This document shows positions 41,779-50,602 of a DNA stretch of 64,000 nt, in pieces (position 1 is the first letter of the stretch; each line of letters opens with the position of its first letter). The stretch is from assembly GCA_963766735.1 (NCBI GenBank), contig CAVYBU010000008.1:224001-288000 (forward strand). The letters run 5' to 3'. Position numbers and translations under genes: made by a program. Under the pieces are notes generated by a model that saw only the letters and a list, made by a program, of their open reading frames with translations, made no database searches and was not told the origin of the DNA. The stretch is from an uncultured Chloroflexia bacterium (GTDB lineage Bacteria > Chloroflexota > Limnocylindria > Limnocylindrales > CSP1-4).

Positions 41779-42912
41779 TCAACCGCAGACGAACTGGTCG
41801 AGCCGGGCCGGCCCGGCGGCAAGTATCTCATCCAGGCGCTCGCGGACCGCGACCAGGGCTTCGGCCATCGAAGCGTCCGGCGGCAGGTCGAGCCGCATGT
41901 CGGCATCGTTGGACAGCGGGTGCCAGAACCAGCCCTGCGCGTCGCAGGTCAGCTCGGGTGCGACGTCCTGGGGCCGGATCGGCTCGCCCTCCGAGGCGGC
42001 TCCGCGCAGCGCGACGGGGCGAAAGATCCGGTCGTCGGGCCGGATGCCGAGCTCGTCCGCCAGGCGGTGGAGCTGCGGGATCTCGTCGAGCGCCTCCTCG
42101 GGCAGGGACGCGGCGAGTCGAACACGCGCTCCGGCATCGAGCAGGGTCCGGATCCCGCGCATGGCACCCGCATGGGCGCCGCGCCCGCGGTGTGCGTCAT
42201 GGCGCTCCGGCGTCGCCGAATCGAGGCTCACCTGGAAGGCGATCGGCCGGCCGGCCTCGATCAGCGGCCGGATCCGCTCCCAGCGCGGCCCGCGGAGCAG
42301 CATCGCGTTCGTGAGCAGGGTCAGCGGCAGGCGATCGGTCACATAGACGATGAGATCGGCGATGTCGGGCCGGAGCGTGGGCTCGCCGCCGGTCACGAAC
42401 ACCGCGTCCATGCCGGCAGCGACGGCCTCGTCCACGAGACCGCGGATCCGCACGTCCGACAGCCGTCTGGGATCTGTCTTCGGGCCGGCAACCACGCAGC
42501 AGTAGTCGCAGGCGAGGTTGCAGTCGTAGTTGGTGTAGAGCCACAGGCGGGTGGGCATGAACGAGTCGCCCGATCGCGAGCCCGGGGTCGGCCGGGACTC
42601 GCGTTGGCCGTCCGCCGGCCAGTCTGTCCGCGCTTGACCCTTGCGCAGGTAGTGAAACGTCCAGCCGGGCCGATCTGGGTCGGGGACCACCGTCAGCAGC
42701 GCGTGACGACTGACGGCCTCGAAGGTCCGGAGCTGCTCGGTGAGCCGATCGCTCGGACTGGCGATCCGCACGATCTGGCCGTCGCGGATGTCGAGCAGCG
42801 CCCGATGGAGAGGCAACAGGAGCCCGGACTCCAGGTCGGCCGTTGGGTCCTCGACCACGGCATGGACCGGGAGCTCTCGGCCGCCACCGTAGTTGGCCGG
42901 CTCGGCGGTCAC
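41779..42912 (-). CDS. Radical SAM protein with TusA/SirA-like N-terminal domain (resembles the Rv1681/MoeX type)
   Basis: CxxxCxxC (CNLACDYC), TGGEP, LTNA, QVSLDS...HD.HRG; N-domain GQIVRIASP...L...HYLRKG. Confidence 0.88.
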   Translation of the reverse strand: MTAEPANYGGGRELPVHAVVEDPTADLESGLLLPLHRALLDIRDGQIVRIASPSDRLTEQLRTFEAVSRHALLTVVPDPDRPGWTFHYLRKGQARTDWPADGQRESRPTPGSRSGDSFMPTRLWLYTNYDCNLACDYCCVVAGPKTDPRRLSDVRIRGLVDEAVAAGMDAVFVTGGEPTLRPDIADLIVYVTDRLPLTLLTNAMLLRGPRWERIRPLIEAGRPIAFQVSLDSATPERHDAHRGRGAHAGAMRGIRTLLDAGARVRLAASLPEEALDEIPQLHRLADELGIRPDDRIFRPVALRGAASEGEPIRPQDVAPELTCDAQGWFWHPLSNDADMRLDLPPDASMAEALVAVRERLDEILAAGPARLDQFVCG

Positions 42913-43550
42913 GGTTGCTGACTGCCGACGCGGCGGAATGTCGAGTACTGGAACTGCTGGGGGAAACCCGTCGGCGTGTGATGGAGATAGCGACGGCTGT
43001 CCACCAGCCGGAAACCATCGCCGAGCTCCAGTGCAAGGGTCTCGGGTTCATAGCGCTGGACCAGCATGCCGCTGCAACGCTCGGGACCGTCGTCGGCGAA
43101 CGTGGCGACGATGGCCGTGCCCGCGTCGGGGACGGTCCGCCGGGCCAGGTCGGCGTAGCGCCGCCTGGCGGCTGGCTCGAGCAGGAAGTGGAACGCCGCA
43201 CGATCGTGCCAGATGTCGAAGGTTCCGACGTCACCGAGGTCGGATGCGTCGCCGACAATCCATTCGATCCGCTCGGCGCGGTCGCCAAGCCGGTGGCGGG
43301 CCAGCGTCAGGGCCGCGTCGGAGATGTCGAGGACGGCGATCCGCTCGAGGTCGAGGTCGAGCAGGTGATCCACGAGCCACGACGCGCCGCCGCCGACATC
43401 GATGATGCTGCGCCCCCCGCGCTCGATGGCGGCCGCCACGAGCTCACGCGAGTTGAACGGATCCGGCTCGTACCAGCCGACACCGGTCATCTCGCGCGTG
43501 GCGTAGATCCAGTCCCATGGGTTGGCCGAGGCTGGGGCATCCGAGGACAC
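42909..43550 (-). CDS. Class I SAM-dependent methyltransferase
   Basis: RBS GAGGGAG; IIDVGGGAS, VLDIS, FDIWHDRAAFHFL, GPERCSG. Confidence 0.9.
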   Translation of the reverse strand: MSSDAPASANPWDWIYATREMTGVGWYEPDPFNSRELVAAAIERGGRSIIDVGGGASWLVDHLLDLDLERIAVLDISDAALTLARHRLGDRAERIEWIVGDASDLGDVGTFDIWHDRAAFHFLLEPAARRRYADLARRTVPDAGTAIVATFADDGPERCSGMLVQRYEPETLALELGDGFRLVDSRRYLHHTPTGFPQQFQYSTFRRVGSQQP

Positions 43551-43771
43551 TGGGCACTCCCTCTTCTGAGCCGGCTCGATGCTGAGGGTAAGGATATTGG
43601 ATGACGGCTCGATGACGACCGGGCGACCCTGCCTGACGGACCCTGGCCCCTGCCTGCGATGCTCGACCGGCGTACGGGGATGACCCGGTCCCAGCGCGGC
43701 TCGGCCCGCTACGATCGTGCCATGCCGTTTGACCCCTTCGTCCGACCGCGCCGGTTCCTGCGACGGGGCGC

Positions 43772-44584
43772 GTGATCCTGCGCCGGGGCATCGCGCCCTC
43801 CGCCGCGACAGCCGCGGTCGAGACCGACGCCGTCGCACGTCTGCCCGGTGGCACGCTCCCGTACACGCTGCGCCGCTCGCCGCGGGCCACGCGGCTGCGG
43901 GTGACGATCCACCCCGAGCGCGGCGTCGTGGTCACCGTGCCCGCGGCCGCCCGCCGTGGCTGGAGCCGCCCGGAGGTCGTGGTCGAGACGTTCCTCGCCG
44001 AGCGTGAGCCATGGGTCCGCCGCCACCTCGGCCGCCAGGCGGCATCCCGCGCCCGGCTGGAGGATCGCCCCGCGCTGGACGACGGCCGAGTGATCCCGTA
44101 CCTCGGCGCCCCGCACCGAATCCGGGTCACCGAGGCACCGCCCCGAACCCGTTCCTCGCGTGTCTCGAGGATCGGCGGCGACGAGGGCGACGAGCTGCTG
44201 GTGGAGCGGGTGGCCCGGGACAGGCGCCCCACGGAGGCGATCCTCGAGGCGTGGTTCCGGCAGCGCGCCCGGGCGGCGCTGCTGGCGGCCATCGATCGCC
44301 ACGCGCTCCCGCTCGGCGTGTCCCCCTCGTCCGTCACCATCCGCGACACGACCAGCCGATGGGGGAGCTGCTCCCGGCGTGGCTCCCTCTCCTTCGGCTG
44401 GCGGCTGGTCCTGGCGCCGCCCGGAGCGCTGGACGCCGTCGCCGCCCACGAGCTCTGCCACCTGCGGGTGTTCGGGCACGCACCACACTTCTGGGCGCTG
44501 CTGGAGACGCGCGTCCCGGACTACGCGATCTGGCGCCGGTGGCTCCGCCGGCACGGACCGGAGCTCCACGCCGCGCTGGACTGA
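43772..44584 (+). CDS. YgjP/DUF45 (SprT/M48-like) zinc metalloprotein
   Basis: RRSPRATRLRVTI, SRWGSCS, HELCH..H...FW. Confidence 0.88.
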   Translation: MILRRGIAPSAATAAVETDAVARLPGGTLPYTLRRSPRATRLRVTIHPERGVVVTVPAAARRGWSRPEVVVETFLAEREPWVRRHLGRQAASRARLEDRPALDDGRVIPYLGAPHRIRVTEAPPRTRSSRVSRIGGDEGDELLVERVARDRRPTEAILEAWFRQRARAALLAAIDRHALPLGVSPSSVTIRDTTSRWGSCSRRGSLSFGWRLVLAPPGALDAVAAHELCHLRVFGHAPHFWALLETRVPDYAIWRRWLRRHGPELHAALD

Positions 44585-44691
44585 CGCCGCGAGTCCCTCC
44601 CGCGTCCACGGGGCAACAATCGGGCCGGTTCGAGCGTCACAAGACTGCCCGGATGAACCCGGGCTTCCGCGCATCCGATCCTCGAGGTCCC

Positions 44692-45351
44692 ATGTTCCCG
44701 CGCCTCGCGCCCGTCGCCGTCTCGCTCGCCCTCCTCGTCGTCGCCGCGTGCGGCGCATCGGCCGCCCCGACACGGCCGTCCATCGCGGCCGTCCCGACGG
44801 CCGTGCCCACGGTTGGGCCCCTGCCCGCCATCGATCCCGACCCACAGCCCGTCATCACGGCCTCGCCGGACGCCGGCAACGTGGGGGGCGATCGCCTCGG
44901 CCCGGAGCTGACGATCGAGATGGTCGACGAGGACACGATCGGCGCGACCATCAGCGACCCTGCTGCGAAGGCCTGGCGCCTGGTGGTGGCGGGCATCGGC
45001 GAACGAGCAGGTGACCGGTGGGAGATCCTCGTCGAGACCGGCGACACCGGACCCGACATCCTCGCCACCGAGATCAGGGACGGTCGGATCGTGGACGAGA
45101 TGGACCTGTCCGGGTTCGCGGACGGGACCGCGGCCGCCGGCGGCTGCCACGGCACGCTGCCGGTCTGCCTCGCCTCGGACGGGTTCCGCCTGCCGCAGGA
45201 CGGCGACGGCACGTTCGCGGTGCGGCTGGCGCTGCCGGAGTCCGGGACTCCGCTGACGATCACCGGCGGGACCGCGACCTGGCCCGGCGAGCCGTTCATC
45301 CTGGGTCCGTGGACCGACACGGAGCCCTTCCCCTGGAACGCTGCCGGCTGA
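44692..45351 (+). CDS. Hypothetical lipoprotein
   Basis: RBS GAGG; signal peptide with VAAC lipobox; GC-biased third codon positions. Confidence 0.7.
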   Translation: MFPRLAPVAVSLALLVVAACGASAAPTRPSIAAVPTAVPTVGPLPAIDPDPQPVITASPDAGNVGGDRLGPELTIEMVDEDTIGATISDPAAKAWRLVVAGIGERAGDRWEILVETGDTGPDILATEIRDGRIVDEMDLSGFADGTAAAGGCHGTLPVCLASDGFRLPQDGDGTFAVRLALPESGTPLTITGGTATWPGEPFILGPWTDTEPFPWNAAG

Positions 45352-45393
45352 CAACGGGCGCGCGGCCACGCCGCAACGAGAACAGGGGGGTGC

Positions 45394-45478
45394 TGGTGGG
45401 CCGGGGCAGAATCGAACTGCCACAGCCGAAGGCGAGGGTTTTACAGACCCTTGGGCTCACCACCTGCCCAACCGACCC
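45394..45478 (-). tRNA. tRNA-Tyr(GTA)
   Basis: Anticodon arm AGGGT-CTGTAAA-ACCCT; long variable arm; GTTCGA; CCA end. Confidence 0.96.
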
Positions 45479-45482
45479 ACGA

Positions 45483-45558
<76 letters not shown>

Positions 45559-45651
45559 AGGGAGCCGCACCCGACACGTCGGGTCGACCGGCCCGGAAGT
45601 GTAGCACGCGACATCGTCCCGGCCGCCCCGCTCGACCGATAGACTCGGCCG

Positions 45652-46548
45652 ATGCCCGCAGGTCTGATGGCCGGTCTGTTCACGTCCCTGGCCTGGGGCG
45701 TGGTGGACATCACTGCGGCACTGTCCGGCCACCGGGTTGGGAGCCTCCGGACGCTGGCGGCGACGCAGGTGATCAGCGTCGTGGTGCTGCTGGGGTTTAT
45801 CGCGCTCGATCCGGCGCGCCTCGGGTCGGACCCGATCACAGGGATGACGGCCGGCATGCCGATCGGGGTCCTCGCGGGCGTCGCGTACCTCGGCTACTTC
45901 ACGGCACTGAAGCTGGGTCCGCTTGCCGTCGTGAGCCCGATCATCATCGCGTACGGCGGCCTGACGGTGATCCTGGCCGTGCTGTTCCGGGGTGAGACCC
46001 TGCTGCCGCTCCAGGCGGCGGGCGCCGTGCTGGCGACGGCCGGGGTGATCCTGACCGGCGTGGCGTTCAGCCGCCGCTCGCTCCGCAGCGCACGGCTCGT
46101 GGGCCCCGGGGTGCTGATCGCGTTCGTCACGATCGGCCTGTTCGCGCTGGTGACAGTCTTCATGAGCGACCCGATCCGGGAACACGGCTGGCTGCCCGTG
46201 GCGGTCGGCTCGCGGCTCGCGAATGCGTCCTTCGTCCTGGTCCTGCTGGCGATCGGCTTGCGGGGATCGACGGCCCTGCGGCCGCTGATGCTTCCGGGCA
46301 ACCCGTGGAACCGCGCGGTGGTGCTGCTGGTGCTGGCCACGGGACTGTTCGACGTGGCCGGGTACATCGCCTTCGCGATCGGCCTGGAGGTCGCCCCGGT
46401 CTGGCTGATCGGCCTGGCAAGCTCGTTCGGTCCGGTGCTGGCAATCGGGTACGCGGTCTGGCGCATGGGTGAGCGCCTCCGGCCGACGCAGTGGGCAGGG
46501 CTGGCGCTGCTGGGCGTCGGGGTGGTGGTGCTGGCGGTCTCGGGCTAG
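45652..46548 (+). CDS. DMT/EamA family transporter
   Basis: About 10 TM helices in two repeats; ALKLGPLAVVSP, GERL...QWAG. Confidence 0.88.
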   Translation: MPAGLMAGLFTSLAWGVVDITAALSGHRVGSLRTLAATQVISVVVLLGFIALDPARLGSDPITGMTAGMPIGVLAGVAYLGYFTALKLGPLAVVSPIIIAYGGLTVILAVLFRGETLLPLQAAGAVLATAGVILTGVAFSRRSLRSARLVGPGVLIAFVTIGLFALVTVFMSDPIREHGWLPVAVGSRLANASFVLVLLAIGLRGSTALRPLMLPGNPWNRAVVLLVLATGLFDVAGYIAFAIGLEVAPVWLIGLASSFGPVLAIGYAVWRMGERLRPTQWAGLALLGVGVVVLAVSG

Positions 46549-46586
46549 GGGTCGTTCGGGCGCCGGACAGGGTGGATCCTGACCCC

Positions 46587-46614
46587 TTGACGACTAGAAC
46601 ATTCGTTCTATTAT
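46587..46614 (+). promoter_or_regulatory. Sigma-70 promoter with overlapping LexA (SOS) box
   Basis: TTGACG-N16-TATTAT; TAGAAC-ATTC-GTTCTA palindrome at 46595-46610. Confidence 0.88.
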
Positions 46615-46624
46615 TGGACGTCCG

Positions 46625-47896
46625 ATGGCTCGCACATCCGACGTCTCCGAGGCTCTCGCCGCGCTCCAGGCACGCTGGGGTGCGGCCGCTCCACGCCGCG
46701 GCAGCGAGCTCGTGGGGATGATCGAAGGAGCGCTTGCCCGCGCGCCGCTGCCGCTCGAGGAGCCGGTGGGTGAAGAGGCCTCAGCCCGCGCCCCTGCCCC
46801 TGCGTCCGCGCCGTTCACCCCGGCCACGCGAACCCGGCCCGGTGTGCCCGCCGCGGACCTGGACGGGCGCATCGTCTCCACCGGGTTCGCCGCACTGGAC
46901 GCGGTCCTTGGCACGGGGGGGCTGCCGCGCTCCGCCACGGTCGTGCTTCGCGGGGGCGTGTCCTCGGGCAAGACCACGGTGGCGCTGCGGGCGGTCGCAG
47001 AGGCTCAGGCGGGCGGGGCGATCGTCGCGTGGCTGGACCTCGCACGGGCGTTCGACCCCGTGGAGGCCGTCGCCCGCGGGATCAACCCGGAGTGGCTCGT
47101 GGTGCTGACGCCGGCGGATATCGAGGAGGCCCTCGCGCTGGCCGGCTCGTTGCTCGCAGCCCGGACCGTGGACCTGCTGGTGCTGGACCTGCCGGATGGG
47201 CGAGACCCCGCGGTCGCCGGGAAGCGAGTGGGGGACCGGCTGGGCCGGCTCGCGGCGCTGGCCAGGCGCGCAGGGACGCTGGTCGTGGTGCTGGAGCCGG
47301 TGGCGCTGGGCCGCACGCTGGCGGCGGCCGTGGAGGAGGCGAGCGGCCTGCGGCTGGAGTTGCGGCGATCGGGCTGGATCCGCCTGGGGCGGGACGTGGT
47401 GGGGCAGCGCAGCGAGGCCACCGTCGCGCGCAACCGCTACGGGCCGCCCGGCCGTCGCGCCGACCTCGAGATCCTGTACGCGGAGGGCGGCCCAAGGGAC
47501 GCCTGCCTGCGCCGGCCCGGGCTCCTGGATGGGCTCATCGCGCCGGCCGCACCACCGGGGCTTGCCGTCGCCTCACCGCTCTTCAGAGACCTGAAAGGCC
47601 CCCCTCCATCGGCTGATACCCATGCGCCTGCTGTACCTGCTCTGGCCTCACCTGCCCCTCCGCCTGGCGAGGGTCCGCCTGGAGACGCCCCCGGGGGGTC
47701 GCACCTCCCCGGGGGACGGCACCACCTCCGGCTCCTGGCCTCACGGCCCGATCATCCTCGGCGGACAGCCCTGGATGGACGGAACGGTCGTGGACGCGGA
47801 TCCGCTCGCACGGGCACTCGGCGTCCGGCGGGGGATCCCGCTCGGGACCGCCCACCGGCTGGCGCCCGAGGCAACCTTCCTCGACCTCGCGCCTGA
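46625..47896 (+). CDS. imuA: ImuA-like RecA-family protein (tail overlaps imuB)
   Basis: STGFAALDAVLGTGGLP, Walker A GGVSSGKT, AWLD, LLVLD; SOS box upstream; precedes imuB. Confidence 0.78.
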   Translation: MARTSDVSEALAALQARWGAAAPRRGSELVGMIEGALARAPLPLEEPVGEEASARAPAPASAPFTPATRTRPGVPAADLDGRIVSTGFAALDAVLGTGGLPRSATVVLRGGVSSGKTTVALRAVAEAQAGGAIVAWLDLARAFDPVEAVARGINPEWLVVLTPADIEEALALAGSLLAARTVDLLVLDLPDGRDPAVAGKRVGDRLGRLAALARRAGTLVVVLEPVALGRTLAAAVEEASGLRLELRRSGWIRLGRDVVGQRSEATVARNRYGPPGRRADLEILYAEGGPRDACLRRPGLLDGLIAPAAPPGLAVASPLFRDLKGPPPSADTHAPAVPALASPAPPPGEGPPGDAPGGSHLPGGRHHLRLLASRPDHPRRTALDGRNGRGRGSARTGTRRPAGDPARDRPPAGARGNLPRPRA

Positions 47897-48971
47897 CGCA
47901 GACCGGGACACCCTCGAAGCGGCCTGCGAGCGCCTTGCCACGTTCAGCCCGGGGATCGCCGCCTCGAGCGACGTCCGGGACCCGTCGTTCGGGCGGATCG
48001 CCGTCCACGCCGACGGGCTGATGCGCCTGTGGGGCGTGGAGGAGCGGCTGGTCGTCCGTGTGACCGAGGCCCTGGCTCCAATCCTCCCGGGACCACCCCG
48101 GGCGGGGATCGCCGGAACGGGCTTCGCCGCGGGCATCGCGGCCGCGCACACCCCCGAGGGAGCGCCACCGATGCTCGTTCCGCCCGGCGACGATGAGCGG
48201 TTCCTCGCCCCGTACCCCGCCCGCCTCCTCACGCGGGACGCGGACATCCGGGCCCGCCTCGCCCGGTTCGGGCTGCGGACGATCGGGTCGGTGGCGGAGC
48301 TGCCACGCTCGGCCGTCATCGCGCGGTTCGGGGACGAGGGCGCGAGGCTTCACGCACGGGCAAGGGGCGAGGAGACCGAACGCTTCCGCCCTCGGAGAGC
48401 CCCGGAGCGGATGGCGTTGGCCCTGCCACTGGACCCGCCGGCGGAGGGCCTCGAGGCGCTCCGTTTCGTTCTCCACCGGCTGGCGGCAGCGCTGGGCGAC
48501 CAGCTGGCTGCGCGAGGCCAGGCCGCGGGGCTCGCCCGCCTTGCCGTCACCTTCGATCTCGCGTTCGCCCGCCGCGGGACCCCGGCCGGGCTCCATCTCG
48601 AGCAGCGCTTCCCGGAGCCCACCGCGGACCCCGCGGCGATCGAGCGGCTGCTCTTCGCACGCCTGGAACAGGCTCCGCCATCGGCTGCCGTCGCGCGCCT
48701 GGAGCTGGAGCTGGGCCTGGTGGACACGGCGCGGGGTCAGCAGCTGCCGCTGTTCACGCCCCAGGCGGTCCATGACGCGCGTCTCGCCTGGCAGCTGGCC
48801 CGTCTGGCGATCGCGTTCGGGGCGGACCGGGTGCGCCGGGTGGAGCTGGCCGACACGGAGGCGCCATTGGCCGAGGCGCGCTGGCGCTGGCAGCCGGTGG
48901 CGGGCGCGGCGGTGACGGACGGGGACGGCCGGACGGGTGCGGCGATGCCGGCCGGGAGGGGGCGCCGATGA
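47622..48971 (+). CDS. imuB: ImuB-like inactive Y-family polymerase
   Basis: ARALGVRRG, FSP, LARFGLRTIG, ARFG.EG; clamp-binding motif QLPLF; catalytic acidic motifs not recognisable. Confidence 0.85.
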   Translation: MRLLYLLWPHLPLRLARVRLETPPGGRTSPGDGTTSGSWPHGPIILGGQPWMDGTVVDADPLARALGVRRGIPLGTAHRLAPEATFLDLAPDADRDTLEAACERLATFSPGIAASSDVRDPSFGRIAVHADGLMRLWGVEERLVVRVTEALAPILPGPPRAGIAGTGFAAGIAAAHTPEGAPPMLVPPGDDERFLAPYPARLLTRDADIRARLARFGLRTIGSVAELPRSAVIARFGDEGARLHARARGEETERFRPRRAPERMALALPLDPPAEGLEALRFVLHRLAAALGDQLAARGQAAGLARLAVTFDLAFARRGTPAGLHLEQRFPEPTADPAAIERLLFARLEQAPPSAAVARLELELGLVDTARGQQLPLFTPQAVHDARLAWQLARLAIAFGADRVRRVELADTEAPLAEARWRWQPVAGAAVTDGDGRTGAAMPAGRGRR

Positions 48972-49216
48972 CGCGCCTGCTGCGGGAGCACCCCGCGATC
49001 GACGCGCAGCTGGACGCCGAGGGGCGCCTGGTTGCCATCGACTGGGGCGGCCGCCGGGAGCCCGTGGAGGTCTGCAACCGGTGGCGCGTGGAGGAATCGT
49101 GGTGGCGTGAGCCGATCGCCCGGGACTACTTCAAGGTGGTGGGGAGGAACTGGCTGGCCCTCGTGTACCGGGACCGCATTGCCGGCACGTGGCACCTGGA
49201 ACGGCTCTACGACTGA
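48968..49216 (+). CDS. DUF6504-like small protein coupled to imuB
   Basis: ATGA overlap; W.GRRE.V...NRWRVEESWW...RDYFKV...WHLERLYD. Confidence 0.8.
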   Translation: MTRLLREHPAIDAQLDAEGRLVAIDWGGRREPVEVCNRWRVEESWWREPIARDYFKVVGRNWLALVYRDRIAGTWHLERLYD

Positions 49217-49267
49217 GCGAGCTCGAAGGGATGGCGGCGACCGAGCGGCATGCCTGGCCCCTGACCG

Positions 49268-49375
49268 TCAGCGGACGGCGGGGGACCCGAGGATGATCGA
49301 GACGACGAACAGCACGAGGAACACGCCGAGGACGAGGACGAGTGCGCCCAGGTCACGCGGTCGAGTCGTCTGCAC
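49268..49375 (-). CDS. 35-aa single-TM peptide
   Basis: Manual translation MQTTRPRDLGALVLVLGVFLVLFVVSIILGSPAVR; GGGGA RBS. Confidence 0.5.
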   Translation of the reverse strand: MQTTRPRDLGALVLVLGVFLVLFVVSIILGSPAVR

Positions 49376-49488
49376 CGATGGTCCCCCAATCCGTGACCGA
49401 GTTGCTCCACTCGGTCGCCGATACCAATGACGCCGCAGGCCCTCCGAATGTTGCAGCCGCCCCGAACCGGCGGAGACCGCGAACGGGA

Positions 49489-49587
49489 TCAGGCCGGCAG
49501 CGCGGCGATCACGAGCAGCAGGACGAACCCGATCAGGACCAGTGCCAGCACCCCCGCTCCCAGGAAGTCCCGCGTCGTCGGCTCCAT
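49489..49587 (-). CDS. 32-aa single-TM peptide
   Basis: RBS AAGGAG; MEPTTRDFLGAGVLALVLIGFVLLLVIAALPA. Confidence 0.6.
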   Translation of the reverse strand: MEPTTRDFLGAGVLALVLIGFVLLLVIAALPA

Positions 49588-49613
49588 GCGCCTTGTTCTC
49601 CTTCGTTCCGAAA

Positions 49614-50192
49614 TCAGCCCCCGCCGCCGAAGCAGCCGGCCGCGAGGAGCACGGTGATCATCGTTGATTCGGACGCCGGACGGAAGGTCAGGCGGGCGCG
49701 GCACTCCGGCAGGTCGCCCTGCATGTCGAGCACCCGGGACCCGTCCTCCAGCGGCGAGGAGAGGTCGAGCGTGCTCATGCCGATTGCCTCGAGCGCGTTG
49801 CGATACCACGCCGCCACCTCATCCACGCCAGCGAGCGCGAGGTGGGCGCCCGAGACGGGTTCTGAAGGCGGCTCGCCGACCGCTGCGTCGGGGAAGACGG
49901 GGAAGTCGGCCGGGAGGACGTCCACGATCTCGCCCCAGTCGGTCTGGGTCGTGGGGATGGTGGTGATGGGCGGTTCCACGGGTCCGGAGCTGCCCGGGGT
50001 CCCGCCGCCGGGGACCGCCGTGGGTTCCGCCGCGGCCGTTGGCGCGGCGGTCGGCGCGTTCGTCGATCCGCTCGTGGGATCAGGACCAGTCGTGAACGAA
50101 GGCGACGATCCGCCGCAAGCGGAAGCTCCCAGGGCAATGACGAATACGAGGATCAGCGGACCGGGCCGGATGCCGTCAAGGGTGGGTCGCAT
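49614..50192 (-). CDS. Hypothetical lipoprotein
   Basis: ASAC lipobox, P/T/S linker, LPADFPVFPDA domain. Confidence 0.72.
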   Translation of the reverse strand: MRPTLDGIRPGPLILVFVIALGASACGGSSPSFTTGPDPTSGSTNAPTAAPTAAAEPTAVPGGGTPGSSGPVEPPITTIPTTQTDWGEIVDVLPADFPVFPDAAVGEPPSEPVSGAHLALAGVDEVAAWYRNALEAIGMSTLDLSSPLEDGSRVLDMQGDLPECRARLTFRPASESTMITVLLAAGCFGGGG

Positions 50193-50377
50193 GCCGCCAT
50201 CGTAACCGGCGTTCGCTTTCCGGCAGAAGAGGGCCCCCGCCGCCCGAGCGACGAGGGACCTCGGTCATCGGCCCCCGGGCTGCTCAGGTCCGGGTGGCAG
50301 GTCGGCGGTCGTCATCGCGACGGCCCGCCGCCGGTGTGGTTCCGCGGGCAGTCAGCCCACCGGAACGGAGAGCGGCC

Positions 50378-50524
50378 CTACGCCGCCGCCTGTGTGATCG
50401 CTGGGAGGAGCCCCAGGATCAGCCCCGCGGAGAGCGCCGCTGCCGCACCTCGCAGCAGCAGGTCGAGGGCGAGGCGCCGGTCCGGGTGGAGCATCCGCTT
50501 GGCGATCACGTGTCTGAGACGCAT
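50378..50524 (-). CDS. 48-aa membrane peptide
   Basis: Manual translation MRLRHVIAKRMLHPDRRLALDLLLRGAAAALSAGLILGLLPAITQAAA. Confidence 0.45.
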   Translation of the reverse strand: MRLRHVIAKRMLHPDRRLALDLLLRGAAAALSAGLILGLLPAITQAAA

Positions 50525-50602
50525 GACTCCATGGATTGGTTACGCGCCGCCGCAGATTCCTCCAGCCAGGCGCCGACGGCGCTCGCCCTACAATTGCCGG
50601 CC

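Noticed and set aside
41779-43550. Direct assignment as arsS/arsM or moaA
   Set aside because: The methyltransferase lacks the ArsM cysteine pattern; the radical SAM lacks the MoaA C-terminal cluster and GG tail
46625-47520. Calling this gene recA
   Set aside because: Too divergent from canonical RecA motifs, and context (imuB, dnaE2) indicates ImuA
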